Origin: Dicyema japonicum | Taxonomy: Eukaryota; Animalia; Dicyemida | Assembly: GCA_011109175.1 (NCBI GenBank) | Contig: RDEW01000035.1 | Coordinates: 579,179-643,178 of the forward strand | Direction of reading: 5' to 3' | Length of the DNA: 64,000 nt | Shown here: positions 59,106-64,000 of the stretch, in pieces | How positions within the stretch are numbered: the first letter of the stretch is position 1 | How the letters are laid out: every line of letters begins with the position of its first letter | The notes under the pieces: model-generated | What the model saw: only the letters and a program-made list of their open reading frames with translations | Databases searched by the model: none | Told to the model about the DNA's origin: nothing | Position numbers and translations under genes: made by a program

Positions 59106-60899
59106 GTAATAATTTTTGTTATAATTGATTTCTTAATATTTAAACAATTAAAATAAAGTACTTGCTATTTGGGTTCGGAGTACTGCTGAAATTCGAAAAG
59201 GAGCCTTCAGCCAATCTCCGTTGAGATTCTTGCGTGCTTTTCCCTAGCACAGCATAGTTTATCAGACTGATCGCACTGTTTACAGGTCTGAGGAAGGGGA
59301 GCTTAGAATGACACAATGGCTAATCTAGAACATCGTCTCGCAACTATGAGGGGTAACTCCCATTGCGTAAACATTTGAAAACTCTTCAATCTATGAATGA
59401 ATCGATGTCCGCTACATCGGACATGTGATGAAAATAAAAGAGGGCTATATTTCTATTTTTTTTCGGAAGCCTAAATAGAGTATTGGATTTGGTCGGCACA
59501 AACGAACGTTCCTTCCTTTGATTAATTAGCTATGACTCTGTGCTAGGCTTACCAATAGTTAATAAATCATCCTTTCAAATGCTTTATGTAATTTAAATTT
59601 TTTTCTGATGCGATTCTTTTAGCACTGATCTAATCCAGAATAATTCAAGACTATTGTTCTTAATGAGTGTGGATGGTGGCTTATTGAATTTATTTATTTT
59701 ATTAACCCCAAATCACAAGACAAGTGTTATCGTCTAAGTTGAGTGATATCAGGATTTCTCGTTAGTGTTTCATGGAGTAATGATGTGGTAGTCTTTTTCG
59801 ACGATTTCAATAATATTCTGAAACATCAATTTTGTGGCACTTCATGTTTGGTCTGTGCTGATAGTGATAGCATGACAATCCATGCATCCAAGGCGACTTG
59901 ATACTCGGTAGATCCAGTTGTTAGTATAGAAGCTCCAATGATGGGAGGAAGATACTGGGGAGTGCGTAAAACTCTTGAGAATTCCAATTTTTTTAGATCC
60001 CCGCGGTTATCAGGTCAACTTGACGAGTGAATAAAAGGAGAGGATCCATAGTGACTCCCGTGATTAGAAAGGGTCTTGTTTAAAAATCTAAACAATACTC
60101 AAGCATCGTTGATGTTTGAATGAAAGTCAATGGGTATCGACTGTAAATTTCTTTGATGGATCAAACACGTTTTCTAATGTTAATAAAGCCACTTTTTTGA
60201 TTTTATCGTCACGCTAACAATGTTGTTCTGATGCCTAATAAAGTGATTGTAAAAATAATGAAGAGTACAACATACTAAAATGAATCCTCGAAGAACAAGA
60301 CGTGGATTCGTCAGGAGATTGCGATATATGCCAGTCTTCAGTGCCACTGAAACAATATGACAATGTCATTCATATTATTGCTGATGTGCCGACTGAGAGA
60401 TTACATATTGATCTGATCGACCTAAAGGTATAAAATTATGTTATTTCGTAGATTTGAAAGTGATAATGATCCGATCAAATAATCCCCGTAAGTTTAATCA
60501 AACAATAACGCGGAAACTATACAAAATGGTCGATGAGAGTTTTAAAAAAGTGACTGAATATATTAAATTTTTTGTACCGGAAAACCACCGTCATAGCAGA
60601 ATGAAAAAAATTCAGGTGATCCCGGCTTTCTTTAGGAGTCTTCGCATGCTCAGACTTCGAGGAATTGCTGTCCAGGGGACTTCTCTGGATAGTTGTGATT
60701 AATGGTCCTTTTTGGATATAATTTAGGATTATGTCTGGCGCCAGCAGAGATGGTGAACCACGTGGATATATTAGAAAATGCAGTTTACAGTTATAACATT
60801 TCTCTCCAATTGTTTTCTAATCAGAGCCCTTTTAGAAGATTCAAATAATTGTTAGACTCAAGAATCAACGTAAGATATGATCAGAATACCAGTATGATT

Positions 60900-61900
60900 T
60901 AATGTTGGTGGCAAATGGGGAAATTTTTGTCAATAATGCCAAAAATTTAATATTCTTTAAAATTGTTTTAAACATATAAAAATGCGCTAATTGGCGGTGA
61001 CCTACACGCAGAGTTCTCAATGGTGTGCTGACCAACAACTGGATCAACTGAGAGTCCTTATATCTGACAGCTTTGACGACTTGATCATTCTCAATAATCC
61101 AAGCAAGCACACAAAGACCCCTTCCCGTCGAGGCGACTCCCCTACTACACCCGACATTTATTTTGCAGCTCCTTCTCTTGCGGCTGTCATTTCATGGGAT
61201 GTTATATACGACTTACATACTGACCATAACCAATTGATGCTGAATCGCGAACTCTAATCCAAAAAAATAAGCTGAAGAAATTCGAAATACAATCAGTGGA
61301 CGAAAAAAAATCAAAACTGAATAAAGAAATCACGTTAAACGTCACAAACACAATGAAGAACGTCTAGAAGCGGTGCTCAGAAAAGCCGTGAATAATACTT
61401 TTTCCAATGTATTATGTAAATCAATAGGAGACTAAAGAAGTGCTCTCCACATTTAATAGGACATCGAGAGCTATGTCCAAATCCCAATGACCTTATGAAG
61501 TACTGCGTGAATATCAGTCATAAACCATATTCAAAAGACCTGGATCTTTGTTCAAGCCATGTAGAGGGTATAAATGTCCCGACAAAACTTTCTCCGAATC
61601 GTCAATGGTGCATTCAGTAATTAGGAAAATGAATAACTCGTCGTCCCGCAGTTCAGATGACATCTCCGTTCTCGAACCAAAGCATCTGGGTCCTTCCGCG
61701 ACAGTGGTAATGACACAAATATTCTGGGTATTAAGAAATCCTCGCTGACTATATTCCTTGTAGGAAAGTTAAGTTTATCAGGTTGGTCTCGGGTTACTTA
61801 CAAGACTGCAGTAGGGAGTGCATAGAATAAAACGATAGCTCTCACAATCATGAGGGTAATTCCCATTGGGTGCTCGATGCCTACAGGCCATAATGGATCC
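60900..61900 (+). mobile_element. Decayed I/Jockey LINE (EN C-terminus to RT start)
   Basis: PTTPDIYFAAPSLAAVISWDVIYDLHTDH (ORF 60991..61257); SDDISVLEPKHLGP (ORF 61548..61748). Confidence 0.7.
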
Positions 61901-62717
61901 CTTTGACTTTCATTGAAATTTTGTTTATAAAAATTAAATAAACGAATTTTTTTACGAAATAAATTTTATTGAAAAAACAAATTGAAAAAAACAAATTAAA
62001 AAAACAAATTAAAAAAATAAATTAAAATTTAAATTCAGAAAAAAATTTATCAAGTGAATTAACAAGTTTGAAATGCATAAAAATGTTTTAAATTATTTTA
62101 AAAAATTAAATTAACCTTAAAAATATTTAAAAATTTTAAAAAAAGATATGTGACCCTCATGAACTTATATTTACCCCCAACATAGTGTTTCCAGTTAACT
62201 TATTCTCATTGCATCTGGCACTATGTCAAGACGGAAGATAAGGTTATTAAAATCATGTAGGAACTCAAGGTCGCCTAGCCTTTATGGCAGTGTATCAAAG
62301 GGGTATAAGTAATAGACTTTATATAAATTGTAGAAGATATGAGATTATCGGGGAAGGCATGGATTACTGTGTACTTTGAATGTAGCCAAAGCGAATTGAC
62401 CTGTGTGTTATCAGACCACCATGATGGAAGCCACCTATTTGCACAGACAGAAGTATTGAGTAGCAATCAAATTTCTATATTGGAGAAAAGATAGATAACA
62501 ATGACTCCAAGATGAATGGCGTTTTGATGTGTAGTCAACCTTGTCGATGTGTTTCGATGTAATTCCATTAATATTATATGGCATGATTCCTATCTGATTG
62601 CTCGAATAAGGCACAGTCTGAAGGAGATTAACCGAATATTTAAGTCGCTTACCTATTTGTTAGCTGTATGTTTGACGTGATTATTCTGTATGTTTGAAGG
62701 ATTTATCTACATTTAAC

Positions 62718-62789
62718 GGCTACATGGCTCAGTGGTAGAGCGTCTGTCTAGTAAACAGAAGGTCGTGGGTTCGATCCTCACTGTAGCCT
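62718..62789 (+). tRNA. tRNA-Thr, anticodon AGT, intronless
   Basis: Acceptor GGCTACA/TGTAGCC, D-arm GCTCAGTGGTAGAGC, anticodon arm TCTGT-CTAGTAA-ACAGA, T-arm GTGGG-TTCGATC-CTCAC; 72 nt. Confidence 0.97.
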
Positions 62790-62790
62790 A

Positions 62791-62796
62791 TTTTTT
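62791..62796 (+). terminator. RNA polymerase III terminator (T6)
   Basis: TTTTTT immediately after the tRNA-Thr discriminator base. Confidence 0.85.
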
Positions 62797-63769
62797 CTGT
62801 TTTTATATTCAACTAAAATATTTGTTTATTTTTTAAACAACAAATTATTATTTTACTATCTTAAAAAGTTAATTCTAATTAAAATTTTCTCTATCCAATT
62901 CTTTTCCTCTTCGAGCAACTATGGGAGTAAACCCAATTGTCACAGTCCTTTTCCTCAATATATATTGACATCACTTCGCTCACACTCTTCTCTTGAATTT
63001 CTTCATAATCAGACCGAGAGTAAATATCCTTTATCCCTTCGTTAAGTTTATCATATCGCCGCGAAACGTCAGCCAACTAAATGTTAGTTAACTACGCAAT
63101 GCATAAAACCGACAATCAGACACAAACCTGTTCACAACAAATCTAAAGAAGATCGATAAAATGAAACATTTAAAGTAGATTTTATCGAAAATGTTAGAAA
63201 GCATAAAATTTCATTAAAAATGGTTTTTTTATATTAAACCAAAATAAATTTAAAAACTAACAGTTGACAACTACTCGCTGCTCTCATAATTGAGAACGCA
63301 TGACGATTTGCAAGGAAATGCACTCAATGAGCCAGTTCCTTTCTCTTCTGTCATTTTTTCTCTTCGCGACGAGCGATCCGATTCTGTTTAGCAGGGTCAA
63401 TGACTTGCTTCTATGATTCCTGTCATGGCTTTAATTGTCATTGATGCTTACAGCAGGTTTAGCTGTAAGCTTAAAAAAACTTCTGAGGATACGTGTCGCT
63501 TCTTTACCGTGAGACAACATATTGGAATTCAAAAATAGAACAACTTTGCTGAGAACTCGCTATCAACAAGTGCACTGACGCCCAAATCATTCTCAATCAC
63601 AAGGAATCATGGAAAGATTCAATCAGACTGACTAAAAAATTTCTATTTTTTATGATAGTGAATTATTCAGAGATTATGCTAACGAATAGCTAAGCGACGT
63701 AACATATTTGGTAAATCTTCTTCAAACTGTGCCTTAAAGATGGCTTTCTTCGAAATTTTGTAATTAAAT

Positions 63770-64000
63770 TATTCCAAAGACCAAGGGTAAAACCAAACTA
63801 GCTAGTTTCTTGAGGCGTTCTAACAGAAACTTTACCCAATACAATGATTCCGAGGACATTATCCGGGAAGCTGAGTTCGATTCTAGTACTCGTCGCCGAG
63901 GAGTGAAAATATCTCCCTTTAAATGCCGGCCAGGCATTTGGCGTCTCCTGAGTAAGCTGATCCGATCCTCAAAGTGGAAGTCCATCTTGTTGGAAGTTAG
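63770..64000 (-). mobile_element. 3' end of I/Jockey-group LINE (continues past the window edge)
   Basis: Tail CCAAAGACCAAGGGTAAAACCAAACTAG is similar to 44890-44915 and 15975-16000; shares GCCGGCCAGGCATT..GGCGTCTCCT with 45000-45030. Confidence 0.6.

Overview
AT-rich eukaryotic (metazoan-type) genomic DNA, not prokaryotic. Eight compact host genes are split by ultra-short spliceosomal introns, mostly 18-29 nt GT..AG; I resolved more than 50 by eye. They encode an NHERF-like PDZ protein, CCDC65/DRC2, a long coiled-coil protein, KDM8/JMJD5, an insulinase-family M16A peptidase, GTF2F1/RAP74, an SLC17-family transporter and an RGS-domain protein. There is also one tRNA-Thr(AGT). The genes sit among dense, mostly decayed transposons: I/Jockey-, RTE-, CR1- and CRE-type LINEs, SINE-like elements, hAT and pogo/Tigger. 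Tiny introns together with a motile-cilium gene suggest a dicyemid mesozoan or similar reduced animal (inference only). The standout is 3334-4654: an apparent 59-62 bp minisatellite that is actually an array of micro-intron plus micro-exon units inside the PDZ gene. It has 22 phase-1 introns and 21 exons, 20 of them multiples of 3 nt, and encodes a modular K/E/S/D-rich tail. Two short retroposon families share their 3' tails with different LINEs in the same window. Scattered 1-nt frameshifts in conserved genes look like assembly indels. All coordinates were derived by hand; TE boundaries are approximate.
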